Program-made: the position numbers and the translations under genes
Notes under the pieces: model-generated
Databases searched by the model: none
The model's input: only the letters and a program-made list of their open reading frames with translations
What the model was told of the DNA's origin: nothing
Part shown: positions 38,599-48,290 of the stretch, piece by piece
Position numbering within the stretch: position 1 is the first letter of the stretch
Layout: each line of letters begins with the position of its first letter
Assembly: GCA_038060895.1 (NCBI GenBank)
Contig: JBBTCT010000005.1
Span: 63,551-127,550, forward strand
Direction of reading: 5' to 3'
DNA: 64,000 nt
From: Planctomycetota bacterium
GTDB lineage: Bacteria; Planctomycetota; MHYJ01; WSZJ01

Positions 38599-39937
38599 AA
38601 CCGTCGATCTTCTCTCGCGTCGTCGCGACAACGCGCTGGCGCCCGGGCAGCGCCGGGCGCTCGCGACGCATCTGGCGGACTGCCCGGCCTGCCGCCGCCG
38701 CGCGCAGGAACTGGACACGGCGATGACGGCTCTCTGGGATCTTCCGGCCGCAGCACCGCAGGCATTGCGCGACGGCGTCTACTCGAAGCTGGCGGCGCCG
38801 CGCCTTTCCTGGTCCCTTCTCCCGCTCGCCGCCGGCCTACTGATCGGATTCACCTCCGCCTACCTCTTCGTCGTCAAGCAAGGGTCACCCCCTCCCCACT
38901 CCCGACTCCCAACTCCCGTCTCCCAACTCCCTCCGTCCCATCCCCTACCCCCCACTGACTACACCCTGCAGTTAAGCGATCACGCCCGAAGGGCGGACGC
39001 CTTCGTCCGCCAGGCCGCCGCACTCGGGGACGACGGCGCGACATTTCTTCAGGCCGACTACAGCCTGTCGGACCTCGGCCCGCGGACGCGCCGCCTTGCG
39101 GCCGCGCCGGTCCCGGACGAGTACTCGAAGCGCATCCTGCAGCCGCTTGGTCCCGTCGTGGAAGCGCTCGACCGTCGCGATCCCGCCGCGCTCGCCGCGG
39201 TCCGCCGCATCGGCTCCGATGCCGGCTTCCGCGAGACGCTCGCTTCCTACGCGGGCCGGAGCTCCGAGCCGTCCCCCGTCGCGGTCCCGGAGATTTCGGA
39301 CGGCGAACTCAAGGACTTCCTCCAGGCGAAATCCCTCTTTTACGCCGGCCGCCCGGGCGAGGCTCTCTCCCGCTTCCAGGACTTCCGCGCGCGCCACCCC
39401 GAAAGCCCCTTCGCCGACGACGCCGCCTTCTGGATGGCTCGCGCGGCGGCCGAATCCGGCGACTATGCGCGGGCTCTCCCGCTCTACATCGAGGTCTCGG
39501 ACGCGATCTGGCTCGACCCGACCGAGCTCGAGCGCCTGAAATCCTGCGCCGGGGCGCTTCAGCTGCGCCTGGACGCGGGCGCGACGCTCGACGTGCAGCT
39601 CCCGGGCGACCTCGACCTCAACGAGATTCTCCGGGACATTCTCGCGAACCAGGTCCCGCACCTCCCCGCCGGGACGATCACCGCGGTGTACCAGGTCGTT
39701 CGGACGCAGCTCGACAAGGCGACGCTGGCCGCGCTGGAGCGGATTTCGGCCCGGTACCCCGCGCTGAAAGTAAGGGATTGCGGCAAGGGCGAGTGGGAGA
39801 TCACGGTGCCGACATCCCAGGTGCCGAAGATGCGCGAGGACGCGGCGGTTGCGGAGGACCTGAAGGCGGCAGAGAAGAAACTGCCGTTCCTCTTCAAGGC
39901 GCTCAAGATCAGGCCCTCTGGAAGCGAGGGCAGGTAG
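38585..39937 (+). CDS. Zinc-finger (HxxxCxxC) anti-sigma factor with TM and TPR-like region
   Basis: HLADCPAC, TM helix, 'F..RHPESPFADDAAFW'; overlaps the sigma gene. Confidence 0.85.
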   Translation: MSCAETVDLLSRRRDNALAPGQRRALATHLADCPACRRRAQELDTAMTALWDLPAAAPQALRDGVYSKLAAPRLSWSLLPLAAGLLIGFTSAYLFVVKQGSPPPHSRLPTPVSQLPPSHPLPPTDYTLQLSDHARRADAFVRQAAALGDDGATFLQADYSLSDLGPRTRRLAAAPVPDEYSKRILQPLGPVVEALDRRDPAALAAVRRIGSDAGFRETLASYAGRSSEPSPVAVPEISDGELKDFLQAKSLFYAGRPGEALSRFQDFRARHPESPFADDAAFWMARAAAESGDYARALPLYIEVSDAIWLDPTELERLKSCAGALQLRLDAGATLDVQLPGDLDLNEILRDILANQVPHLPAGTITAVYQVVRTQLDKATLAALERISARYPALKVRDCGKGEWEITVPTSQVPKMREDAAVAEDLKAAEKKLPFLFKALKIRPSGSEGR

Positions 39938-40079
39938 GGCGCCGGACCACCCGGATCAGAACCGCACGGACAGGCCCACGAACGCGCCGAAATCGCCGGC
40001 GGCCCTGGTCAGACCGGCGCGGACGCCGGAGTCGAGCTGGATGTCGGGGGTAAGGGCGTACGTCAGGGTTCGACCGGCG

Positions 40080-43000
40080 TCAGGGGTTCGACGCGGCTGG
40101 ACCAGAAGACCCCCGGAGCGCTTCAAGCTCATTCACTTCATGGTCCATTCGCAGCAGCCTGGCCGCCTCAAGAGCGCGACTGCACACGGCCCGCGACTCT
40201 TCCACACGCCCGGTGTCGCGATACGCCCGGGAGAGGAGGCTGAGGAGGCGGACGGATTCCCGGTGGAGCGGGATTTCAGGCCGGGGAACGTGGGGCTCAA
40301 GCACTGAAACGGCTTCGGCTGCCTGGCCGGCGCGTTGCAGGACGCTTCCGGTGTGGTAGGCGGCCGCCACCATCTGGGCCTGATTCCCGCTGGATCGCGC
40401 GAGGCCGAACGCCACCCGGAGGTGATCGAGCGCACCGTCGAAATCGCCGAGCGCGGCCGCGCTGCTTCCCGCGGCAAGGGAAGCGCTTTGTTCCGCGGCG
40501 GAGTTGCCGATCGATCTGGCGTCGTGCAGTACCGAGAGCGCGAGCTCAAGCGCCTCCTGCGGCCGGCCGGCCATTTCTACGATCTGGGCAAGCGACGCGA
40601 GGCCGAGCAATTCCCCGACACGGTCCCCGGCCTCCCGCTTGAGCGCGACTCCTTCGCGGACGAGCCGCTCTCCTTCCTCGATCTGCCGGAGCTCCGTGAG
40701 GCAGGCGCCGAGGTTCTCGAGGCAGTGACCGGCGGAAGCCTTGTCCCCTGCGCGACGCAAACCGTCCGCAGCCGCGCGGAACGTCTCGATGGCGCCCTCG
40801 ATGTCTCCGAGGCCGCGGCGCGCCTGCGCGGCGTAGACGAGCGCCTGGGCGGCGCGAAGCGGCCGGCCGAGGGCGAGAAGCCGCTCGTGCGCCGCCATGG
40901 CGTCGGCCAGCGCCTGGGCCGACCGGCCCAGGGCGTTTCCTGCGGAAGAACGATTCATCAGGACGAGGATCTCGATGTCAGTGAGTCCGTGCCGGCGCGC
41001 GAATTCGAGGGCCAGGTCGAATCGCTCCGCGCCCGCAGCCAGGTTTCCCGCCTTCAGGTGAACAAGGCCGGCATTGCTCAACCCGGCAACCTCGAGAGCT
41101 GCGTCCCCGATCTCCCTGCCAATGTTCCCGCATTTCTCGTAGTCCGCGAGCGACGATTCGAACTCGCCCCGGTCCATTGAGAGCGTGGCACGAAGCCGGA
41201 GATGGGCAGCCCGGCAATATCGCGTCAAACGGGGCTCGGACGGCCCGGGATCCACTCCGAGAATCGCTTCCACTTCCGCAATCGCCGCGTCGCGCTCCAG
41301 GGGCCGCGCGAGGCGTCGAAGCGCTTCGGCAGCCTGGAGCAAGGCCTTCGCGCGCCCGGGCCGCCCGGGGACGACGCGCGCCGCCTCTCGCGCCCACGTG
41401 ACCGACTCCTCGAGGTCGCCCGCGAGCGAGGCTTCCCACGACGCGTCGCGCCAGAGCGAACAGGCGGCTTCGACATCCCCGGCCGCTTCACGGTGGCCGG
41501 CGGCGAGGGCCATGAAGCGCCGTCCGCGATTCATGGCCACGAACTGTTCCGCGGCGGCGGAGTGAAGTCGGGCGCGCGACTTTTTCGTGATGAGCGAGTA
41601 AGCGGCATCGCGGAGAAGGGCGTGGCGGAAGGCGTGCTGCCTGTCTCCCGGGAGGAGGGTCTCGGGCTGGGCGGCAACCATGTCGTTGCGCGTTGCTGCG
41701 GCGATGGCCGGCGCGGAGTCGCGCTGGATCAGCTGCGTCAGAAACTCCTCCCAGAAAAATCTTCCGACGACGCTCGCTCCCTTGATGGCTTCCCGGTCCT
41801 CCTCGCCGAGAGCATCGAGCCTCGCCACGAGCAGCCCGTGCAACCCGTCGGGAATGCCGCCCGCGCCGCCCGCGAGCCTCAGCGGAATTCCCTCCAGCCG
41901 TCCGTGCAGGCGCAGGAAGCGAGCCAGCTCCTCGACGTAATACGGGTTCCCCGCGGCCTTTTCCGACAGGAAGCGCCGAAGTTCATTCGAAGGCTCGCCG
42001 CCGAGCGCGCGCGCCGCAACGCGCCCTGCCGCGGCGTCGTCGAGGTCCCCAAGGGCCTCGCGACCAAAGCCGGCGGGGAGCGCCGTCCCGGGACGGGCCG
42101 TCGCCGCGATCGCCACGGTGGAAGGAAGGACGGCCGCGAGATGCGAGAGGAGCGCAAGCGACGCCTCGTCCGCCCAATGCAGGTCCTCGACGCAGAGCGC
42201 GAAAGGCGCCAGCGAACGGAAGTACGACTCCCACGCCTCATGGGTCGCTTCGCGCCGCCGCCGGGGTTCGATGTCGGAAGCCTCCACTCCCGGCCAGCCG
42301 AGCGACTCCGCGATCAGCCGGGCGAAGCGCTCGCGATCCGGTCCGGGAAGCGCTTCAGCGAGAGCTGGGACCCCCGCAAATGTCCCGAGCAGTTCGCCGA
42401 ACGCGGCGTACGGGAGCCGCACGCCGTCCACAAAGCGTCCGACGCGGACGCGCGCCCCCGGCATCCACGCGCGCATCCGGTGGCGGGCCTCGGCCAGAAG
42501 GCGGCTCTTTCCGATTCCCGCGGGACCCTCGACGACGACGCGCTCGCCCTTCCGGAAGACTCGTTCCAGTCTCGCCAGCTCCGCTTCGCGCCCCTCCACG
42601 ACTCCGCTCGCGCCTGGGGCGATCCTCATTTCGGTCCGCCCCGGAATTGCTTCAAACGCCTCGAAGACGACGACCTCCGCCGCGCGTCCCTTCAGTGCGA
42701 GCGCCGGGTGCGAGCGCCACTCGACCGACGACCGCGCGAGTTGCTCGACGGCGGCTGTCGCCAGCACGCGCCCGGGATCTGCCGCGGACATGACGCGCTG
42801 GGCGACGTTTACGGGATCCCCCATGGCGGTTGCCCGGTCGCCGCCGATTCCGCCCCAGAGCACTTCTCCGCGATTCAGGCCCGCGCGAAGCGCCAGGCCG
42901 TCACCGCAGCGACGGGTCTCGCGCGCCATCTCGAGCGCGGCGCGCACGGCACGCGCCGGATCGTCTTCATGGGCGACCGGGGCGCCAAACACGGCCATGA

Positions 43001-43163
43001 CGACATCGCCGATGAACTTGTCCACGACGCCGCCGTGACGCTCGACGATGACGCGCAGAATGCTGAAGAGCCGGTCCGCGAGCACCGCCCGCTCCGCTTC
43101 GGGCCGGTCGGCGAGGCCGACGGCTTGCGCGAAAACGATGCAGATGGTGCGGCGTTCCTCCAC
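40080..43163 (-). CDS. Class III adenylate/guanylate cyclase-like domain + P-loop ATPase (STAND-like) + TPR
   Basis: VDKFIGDVVMAVFGAPVAHEDD, GDPVNVAQR, GREAEL, GPAGIGKSRL, EDLHWAD, GNPYYVEE, FRHALLRDAAY, TPRs. Confidence 0.9.
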   Translation of the reverse strand: MEERRTICIVFAQAVGLADRPEAERAVLADRLFSILRVIVERHGGVVDKFIGDVVMAVFGAPVAHEDDPARAVRAALEMARETRRCGDGLALRAGLNRGEVLWGGIGGDRATAMGDPVNVAQRVMSAADPGRVLATAAVEQLARSSVEWRSHPALALKGRAAEVVVFEAFEAIPGRTEMRIAPGASGVVEGREAELARLERVFRKGERVVVEGPAGIGKSRLLAEARHRMRAWMPGARVRVGRFVDGVRLPYAAFGELLGTFAGVPALAEALPGPDRERFARLIAESLGWPGVEASDIEPRRRREATHEAWESYFRSLAPFALCVEDLHWADEASLALLSHLAAVLPSTVAIAATARPGTALPAGFGREALGDLDDAAAGRVAARALGGEPSNELRRFLSEKAAGNPYYVEELARFLRLHGRLEGIPLRLAGGAGGIPDGLHGLLVARLDALGEEDREAIKGASVVGRFFWEEFLTQLIQRDSAPAIAAATRNDMVAAQPETLLPGDRQHAFRHALLRDAAYSLITKKSRARLHSAAAEQFVAMNRGRRFMALAAGHREAAGDVEAACSLWRDASWEASLAGDLEESVTWAREAARVVPGRPGRAKALLQAAEALRRLARPLERDAAIAEVEAILGVDPGPSEPRLTRYCRAAHLRLRATLSMDRGEFESSLADYEKCGNIGREIGDAALEVAGLSNAGLVHLKAGNLAAGAERFDLALEFARRHGLTDIEILVLMNRSSAGNALGRSAQALADAMAAHERLLALGRPLRAAQALVYAAQARRGLGDIEGAIETFRAAADGLRRAGDKASAGHCLENLGACLTELRQIEEGERLVREGVALKREAGDRVGELLGLASLAQIVEMAGRPQEALELALSVLHDARSIGNSAAEQSASLAAGSSAAALGDFDGALDHLRVAFGLARSSGNQAQMVAAAYHTGSVLQRAGQAAEAVSVLEPHVPRPEIPLHRESVRLLSLLSRAYRDTGRVEESRAVCSRALEAARLLRMDHEVNELEALRGSSGPAASNP

Positions 43164-43250
43164 GGGCGAAGAATCCTAGCACGCCCGGCGATGGCCGCCC
43201 GGCGCAGGAACGCGAGCGACCCGACGTCCCCGACAAAGTAGAATCCCGGC

Positions 43251-44519
43251 ATGCCGCAACTCTTCTGCGCACTCGCCATCCTCCTTCTATCCGCTCCCCT
43301 GTTCGCGCAGACACCACCCAAGGAAAAGCCGCCGCCGCCATCCCGCGAGCCTGAATACCGGAAGGCGATTGCGGCCGCGTGGGAAGGGCTGGCGACGTGG
43401 TGCGTGAAGTGGAAATTCCGTGCGGAGGCGCGCGCGGCGGCGGACGAAGCCCTGGCGTGCGACGCGGAGAACGCTAAAGCGAAGACGGCGCGCGACTGGG
43501 CGGAGAAGGAAGGCCCCGACGCGAACGAGTCGATCCGGAAGGACTACGAGAAGAAGCTCGACGCGACGAAGAAGCAGGTGGCCGCGATCTGGAAGCAGAT
43601 GGCGCAGGACCCCCAGGTCGGCAAGGATCCCGTCGCGGCAGACGCCGCGTGGGGCCGCGCGCTCGAGCTCGATCCGAAGACGATCCAGCCGCTTCACGAA
43701 TCCGAGATGCGCTCCGCAATGCAGAAGCAGGACTGGAAGCGCGCGCTTCGGCTGCTGGAGCAGGAGGAGAAGGCGCTCGGGGCGGACCCGGTGCGTGCCC
43801 GGACTGCGCGCGAGCTCGAAGCGAAACTGTCCGTCACGGACCCGGTCCTCAAGAAAACTTCCACCCAGGAACTGCGCTACTTCCTGTCGCTGCCCCCGGG
43901 CTGGACGCCGGACAGGAAATGGCCCGTCCTCGTCGTGTGCGAAGGGGCCGGCGGCAACTACCGCGACCAGTGCGCCCGCTTCGCAGGCTACCGCAAGGAA
44001 GTTCCCGTCATCATCATGGCGCCCTGCACATTTACGAATTCCGGCGGACCGCGGCAGGACAAGCACCCGTGGTACTCGCCCGAAGTGATCGCGGAGTGGA
44101 CGAAGAAGAACACGATGGAATTCGACGAGGCCGGGATGCTCGCCGGGCTCGCCGACCTGCGGCGCGATTACAACGCCGAGGAGAAGTTCTTCATCGCCGG
44201 CTATTCCGGCGGCGGGATCCTCACCTGGTGGACGATCTTCAGCCGCCCCGGCGAACTGCGCGGCGCCTTTCCCGCCTGCGCCAACTTCGGCGGCAGCCCG
44301 TCCGCGCCGCCCGAGGGCGGCCGTGACCTCGTGATCCGCGCGTTCCAGGGGGACAAGGACGGGCACCTCGAGATGCTGACGGCGTCCTGGGAGAGCGCGG
44401 AAGAGAAACTCCGGAAATGGGAATACACGGACTTCTCGCGCACCGTGCTCCCGGGCGTGGGGCACACGGCGTGCCACGAACCGATTTTCAAGGCGATCCA
44501 GGAGATCCTGAAAAAGTAG
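43251..44519 (+). CDS. Exported alpha/beta hydrolase
   Basis: Signal peptide; nucleophile motif GYSGG; GDKD; GVGH. Confidence 0.8.
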   Translation: MPQLFCALAILLLSAPLFAQTPPKEKPPPPSREPEYRKAIAAAWEGLATWCVKWKFRAEARAAADEALACDAENAKAKTARDWAEKEGPDANESIRKDYEKKLDATKKQVAAIWKQMAQDPQVGKDPVAADAAWGRALELDPKTIQPLHESEMRSAMQKQDWKRALRLLEQEEKALGADPVRARTARELEAKLSVTDPVLKKTSTQELRYFLSLPPGWTPDRKWPVLVVCEGAGGNYRDQCARFAGYRKEVPVIIMAPCTFTNSGGPRQDKHPWYSPEVIAEWTKKNTMEFDEAGMLAGLADLRRDYNAEEKFFIAGYSGGGILTWWTIFSRPGELRGAFPACANFGGSPSAPPEGGRDLVIRAFQGDKDGHLEMLTASWESAEEKLRKWEYTDFSRTVLPGVGHTACHEPIFKAIQEILKK

Positions 44520-44726
44520 GCGCGCCTGCCAGGAGGAGCGGTGGGGGGGCGCGGCTCGCCTCCGGAGAAGTGGGGCGCGTTCGGGCCTCGCGCCCCGCCG
44601 TCGAGCGTCCGCGCGAATCCGAAGTGCTCGATACCGTTGACTTGCAGCTCGCCGCGATCGACCCGCTTGATCCGGCCTCCGTCTGAGCCGTACTATTCTC
44701 CCCTGTCCTCTTTCTCGAGGGACCCC

Positions 44727-45743
44727 ATGCGACTCGTCTGCGCCGCCGCCCTTTTCCTCGCACTTCCCCTTTCCGCCTCGGCCCAGTGGTCACCGTCGCT
44801 GTCCAAGGCGGAGGCGGACGGAAAGGCGAAGCGACGCCCGGTGCTGATCCTGGTGTGGACCAAGGGCGACCCCGCGTCCGACCGCCTCGAGAAGGAAATC
44901 TGGTCGGTCGAGCCGGTGAAGACCGTCCTGCGGAGTTTCACCGGCGTGAAGGTCGAGAAGAGCGCGATCGCCGAAGCGAAAACGTGGGTCGCCGTGCCGC
45001 GCTGGAAGTCGCAGGGCGAAGGTGAGGCCGCTGTCCCCGAAATCCGGATCATCCACCCGTGGGGAACGGAGCTGGCGCGTTTCCCTCTCAAGGACGCGAC
45101 CGCCGCGGACCTCGGCGCGAAGCTGAAGGCGGAAACCGACGCATGGGAAGAGCGGCAGGCGCCGATTCGCCTGGATGCGCGGGCGCTGGAGCTGGCGCTT
45201 CGCGGCCAGGAAAAGGACCCGATTCACGAGGCCGTGAATAAAGTCATCGCGCATCGCGAGCCCTGGACGATTCCCATCGTCGCCGCCGCGCTGTACCAGT
45301 CGAGCGTCAAGATCCGCGCGACGGTCATTCCCGAGCTTCGCCGCATCGATGCCGAAGACGGGCTTTGGGCAATTCTCAAGTGGCTCGACGACGAGGCGAC
45401 GCAGGCCGGCTGCAACATCGGCTGGGAGGAGGTTGCTCGCGCCAACGACATTCGAACCCTTCCTCAAATCAAGGATGGCATCCTCAACAACTCCGTCTGC
45501 GCCGTTATCCGTGTCAAGGCGATCGGGCAGTTCAAGGACAAGTCGAACATCCCCTTCCTCATTGATCTTTTCCCGCGCGTCGGCCTACCCAAGGCTGAGC
45601 CCGGCAAACCGGAGCCGCGCTCGCTCCACGACGACATCGCCGCCTCGCTTCAGAAGCTGACGGGACAGAGTTTCGGCAAGGACTACAATCGCTGGAAGGA
45701 GTGGTGGAAGTCCGCGGGGCCGCAGTTCGAGTTTCCGAAGTAG
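44727..45743 (+). CDS. Exported thioredoxin-like (no CxxC) + HEAT-repeat protein
   Basis: W..SL..A...RPVLI; HEAT-like region and LQKLTGQSFG.D...W.EWW. Confidence 0.65.
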   Translation: MRLVCAAALFLALPLSASAQWSPSLSKAEADGKAKRRPVLILVWTKGDPASDRLEKEIWSVEPVKTVLRSFTGVKVEKSAIAEAKTWVAVPRWKSQGEGEAAVPEIRIIHPWGTELARFPLKDATAADLGAKLKAETDAWEERQAPIRLDARALELALRGQEKDPIHEAVNKVIAHREPWTIPIVAAALYQSSVKIRATVIPELRRIDAEDGLWAILKWLDDEATQAGCNIGWEEVARANDIRTLPQIKDGILNNSVCAVIRVKAIGQFKDKSNIPFLIDLFPRVGLPKAEPGKPEPRSLHDDIAASLQKLTGQSFGKDYNRWKEWWKSAGPQFEFPK

Positions 45744-45802
45744 CAGGAGGCAGCGACCGCCAGCTCATGGATTCCGGCGTGTCGATCCAGTAGACTCCCG
45801 TC

Positions 45803-46264
45803 ATGGCAAACAAACCCCGCAGTCTGCGCCGTCGGCTCGCCTTCGGCGTTCTCACCCTGCTCGTTCTGTCCGTCGGCGGCTACCTCGTCGCCCTTAAGGC
45901 GTACAAGCCCGACCCGGCAAAGCTCGGCGCCTGGGGCACGGACCTGGACAAGGCTCTCGCCGAAGCAGGGAAATCGGACAAGCTCGTCCTCGTCAAGGCC
46001 GGCTCTGAGTACTGACTCGCCTGCCTCAGGATGGACAGCGGGACGCTGTCCGACGCCTCGGTCGACGCCTTCGTCCGCGAACGCTTCGTCGCGGTCCGCA
46101 TCGAGAAGGAACACCAGGGGGCGGTGTTCGAGGGCCTGAAGATCACGGACTTCCCTTCAACTATCCTCCTCCGCGCTGACAAAACGGAAGTGGCCCGACT
46201 GCCCGGATACCTGGGTCCGCAGGAGTTCATGGAAAAGCTGCGCGCCGCGACCGGCAAGAATTGA
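45803..46264 (+). CDS. Probable selenoprotein: membrane-anchored thioredoxin with UxxC (UGA at 46013-46015)
   Basis: In-frame read-through KLVLVKAGSEY-U-LAC-LRMDSGTLSD..V...V.ERFVAVRI...FPST; 8-bp hairpin downstream. Confidence 0.85.
46033..46051 (+). promoter_or_regulatory. Candidate bacterial SECIS hairpin
   Basis: GGACAGCG-GGA-CGCTGTCC, perfect 8-bp stem with G-rich loop, starting 17 nt after the UGA. Confidence 0.7.
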
Positions 46265-46344
46265 GAGCGCGCATGATGAGCGAGCGCCGTCACACGGTCA
46301 GGCCTCGCATCCCGCCGACGGCGGCGAGGGCATAGAATCCACTG

Positions 46345-47874
46345 GTGACTTCCGCAGAGACCGCGTATCTGTTCCGCCACGCCATCCTCCGCGAAGCCGC
46401 GTACCAGCTGCAGCTCCCCGGCGACCGGGCGCGCCTGCACGGACTGGCGTTCGCGCTGATCGAGGACCTCTGCGGGGGTCCGCCGCCCGGGTCGCCGCCG
46501 TTGGAGGCGGAAGAGGCGCCGCCGTTTCTTCCCCACACGACGGATCCTTTCGCGCTCGAACTGGCCGGACACGCCCGGAGCTCGGAGTGTGCGGCATCGG
46601 ACAAAGCGCGCCGCCTCTACCTCCGCCGCGCCGCCGAGTTCTCCCGGGCCCACTTCCGGAACGAGACGGCCCAGGATTGCTGGCTGCAGCTGGCGGCTCT
46701 CTGCGAGGGCGCGACGCGGGCGGAAGCGACCCGCCAGGCCGGAATCGCGGCGTTCACAAGGGGCCGGTCGAGCGAAGCGGAATCGCTTCTACGGGAGACG
46801 TCGGAGCTCTTCCGGGACATCGGCGACAGGCGCCGGGAAGGCGCGGCGATGGTCAACCTGGGGAATGTGTTCCAGCGGACCGGTCGTTCGGAGGAGGCCT
46901 TTCGCGCCTATGAGCAAGCGGTCGGGATCGCCCGCGACGCCGGCGACCTCCGGGGGGAAGGCGTGGCGAAGGGAGGGCTGATCTTCCTCAACCTGGAATT
47001 GGGTCGCGTCGAGCAGGCGGAGCGGAAGGGCGAGGAGGCGCTGGCCATCGCGCGGGAAGTCGGGGATCCCGCGAGGGAGGCCGCGTGGCTGGGGAGCATG
47101 GGCCACGTGTACCGCGGGACGGGAAGGGTCGAGCAGGCCGAGCGGGCGTTTGAGCAGGTGCTCGCCATTCAACGGAAGCGCGGCCATCGCGATGGCGAAG
47201 GAATCGCGCTGGGAAGCCTGGCGGCCGTCTGCCTGGAAACCGGCCGGGTGGAGCAGGCGGAAAAGTTCAGCGAGGAAGCGCTGGCCATCCACCGCGAGGT
47301 CGGGAATCGAGTCAGCGAGGGCGCCGCGCTGGAGACGCTGGCCATCGCCTTCAAGGAGACCGGCCGCACGGGCCAGGCGGAGGCGACCTTTGGGATGGCG
47401 ATCTCCATTGCCCGAGAAACCGGCAATCGCCGCGCCGAGGGCGGCGTGACGGGAAATCTGGCCGGGACTCTCCTGAACGCCGGCCGCGCGCTCGAGGCCG
47501 AGCAGACCTGGGAACGGGCCCTCGCGATCGCCCGCGAAGTCGGCAATCGCCGGACCGAGGGCGTCACCCTCGGAAACCTGGCGGGCCTGTACCGGGACTC
47601 CGGCCGACTCGAGGACGCCGACCGCGCTTTTCAACAGGCCCTCGAAATCCACCGCCAGATCCACAACCGGCGCTTCGAGGGAATCCACTCCTGCGATCAC
47701 GCCCTCTGCGCCGCTCTGCTGGGACGGCGAACCGAGGCCGAGGCCCTCTGGAAGGAGGGGGCTTCGATCCTCGAAAGCGTCCACGACGAGCGCGAATTGC
47801 ATCGCATGCGCGCCGGCATGCGCGAAACTTGCGCAAAGGCGGGGATCGCAGCGATCGACGAGTGCCAGGATTGA
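46345..47874 (+). CDS. TPR protein, 'FRHALLRDAAY' family copy 1
   Basis: YLFRHAILREAAYQLQLPGDRARLH + ~40-aa TPR repeats (GNRR.EG..LGNLA). Confidence 0.85.
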   Translation: MTSAETAYLFRHAILREAAYQLQLPGDRARLHGLAFALIEDLCGGPPPGSPPLEAEEAPPFLPHTTDPFALELAGHARSSECAASDKARRLYLRRAAEFSRAHFRNETAQDCWLQLAALCEGATRAEATRQAGIAAFTRGRSSEAESLLRETSELFRDIGDRRREGAAMVNLGNVFQRTGRSEEAFRAYEQAVGIARDAGDLRGEGVAKGGLIFLNLELGRVEQAERKGEEALAIAREVGDPAREAAWLGSMGHVYRGTGRVEQAERAFEQVLAIQRKRGHRDGEGIALGSLAAVCLETGRVEQAEKFSEEALAIHREVGNRVSEGAALETLAIAFKETGRTGQAEATFGMAISIARETGNRRAEGGVTGNLAGTLLNAGRALEAEQTWERALAIAREVGNRRTEGVTLGNLAGLYRDSGRLEDADRAFQQALEIHRQIHNRRFEGIHSCDHALCAALLGRRTEAEALWKEGASILESVHDERELHRMRAGMRETCAKAGIAAIDECQD

Positions 47875-47928
47875 GTGCGGAAGCGGAGTCTGGATTGCGC
47901 GGAAGAACCGCACACCACTGAGGCCCGC

Positions 47929-48168
47929 ATGATCTCGGCTGAAACGGATTACTTGTTTCGCCACGCGCTGCTGCGTGATGCGGCCTATCAGCTCCAGCTC
48001 CCCGGCGACCGCGCGCGGCTGCACGCGCCTGCATTTTCCGTGCTGGAGGAATTGTACGGAGGTCGGCCGCCGATTCCCGCGCCTCCCGACGCCGGCCGCG
48101 CATCACGGGGCCTGGCTCGCAAGGCGGCCGAGCTCTGGCGCGGATGCGGGGGTGTCCGCCTTCAGTGA
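47929..48168 (+). pseudogene. Truncated 'FRHALLRDAAY' family fragment (copy 2)
   Basis: Only the conserved N-terminal cassette, then a stop after 79 codons; no TPRs. Confidence 0.65.
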
Positions 48169-48252
48169 GGAGTGTTGGGAATTGGTGACGGACCCCCATC
48201 GAGCAAGGCAACCTGCGAAGTCCTGCCCGACTCCTCTCCGCCTCATCTGCTC

Positions 48253-48288
48253 CCTACTCAACCCTCAAAACTCAACTCTCAACACTTC
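48253..48288. repeat. Degenerate heptamer tandem repeat
   Basis: ctactca-accctca-aaactca-actctca-acacttc. Confidence 0.55.
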
Positions 48289-48290
48289 CG

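Noticed and set aside
40061-40093. Short direct repeat cgtcagg(g)gttcgac containing GTTCGA
   Set aside because: No tRNA cloverleaf or integrase nearby; too short to call a tRNA remnant or att site.
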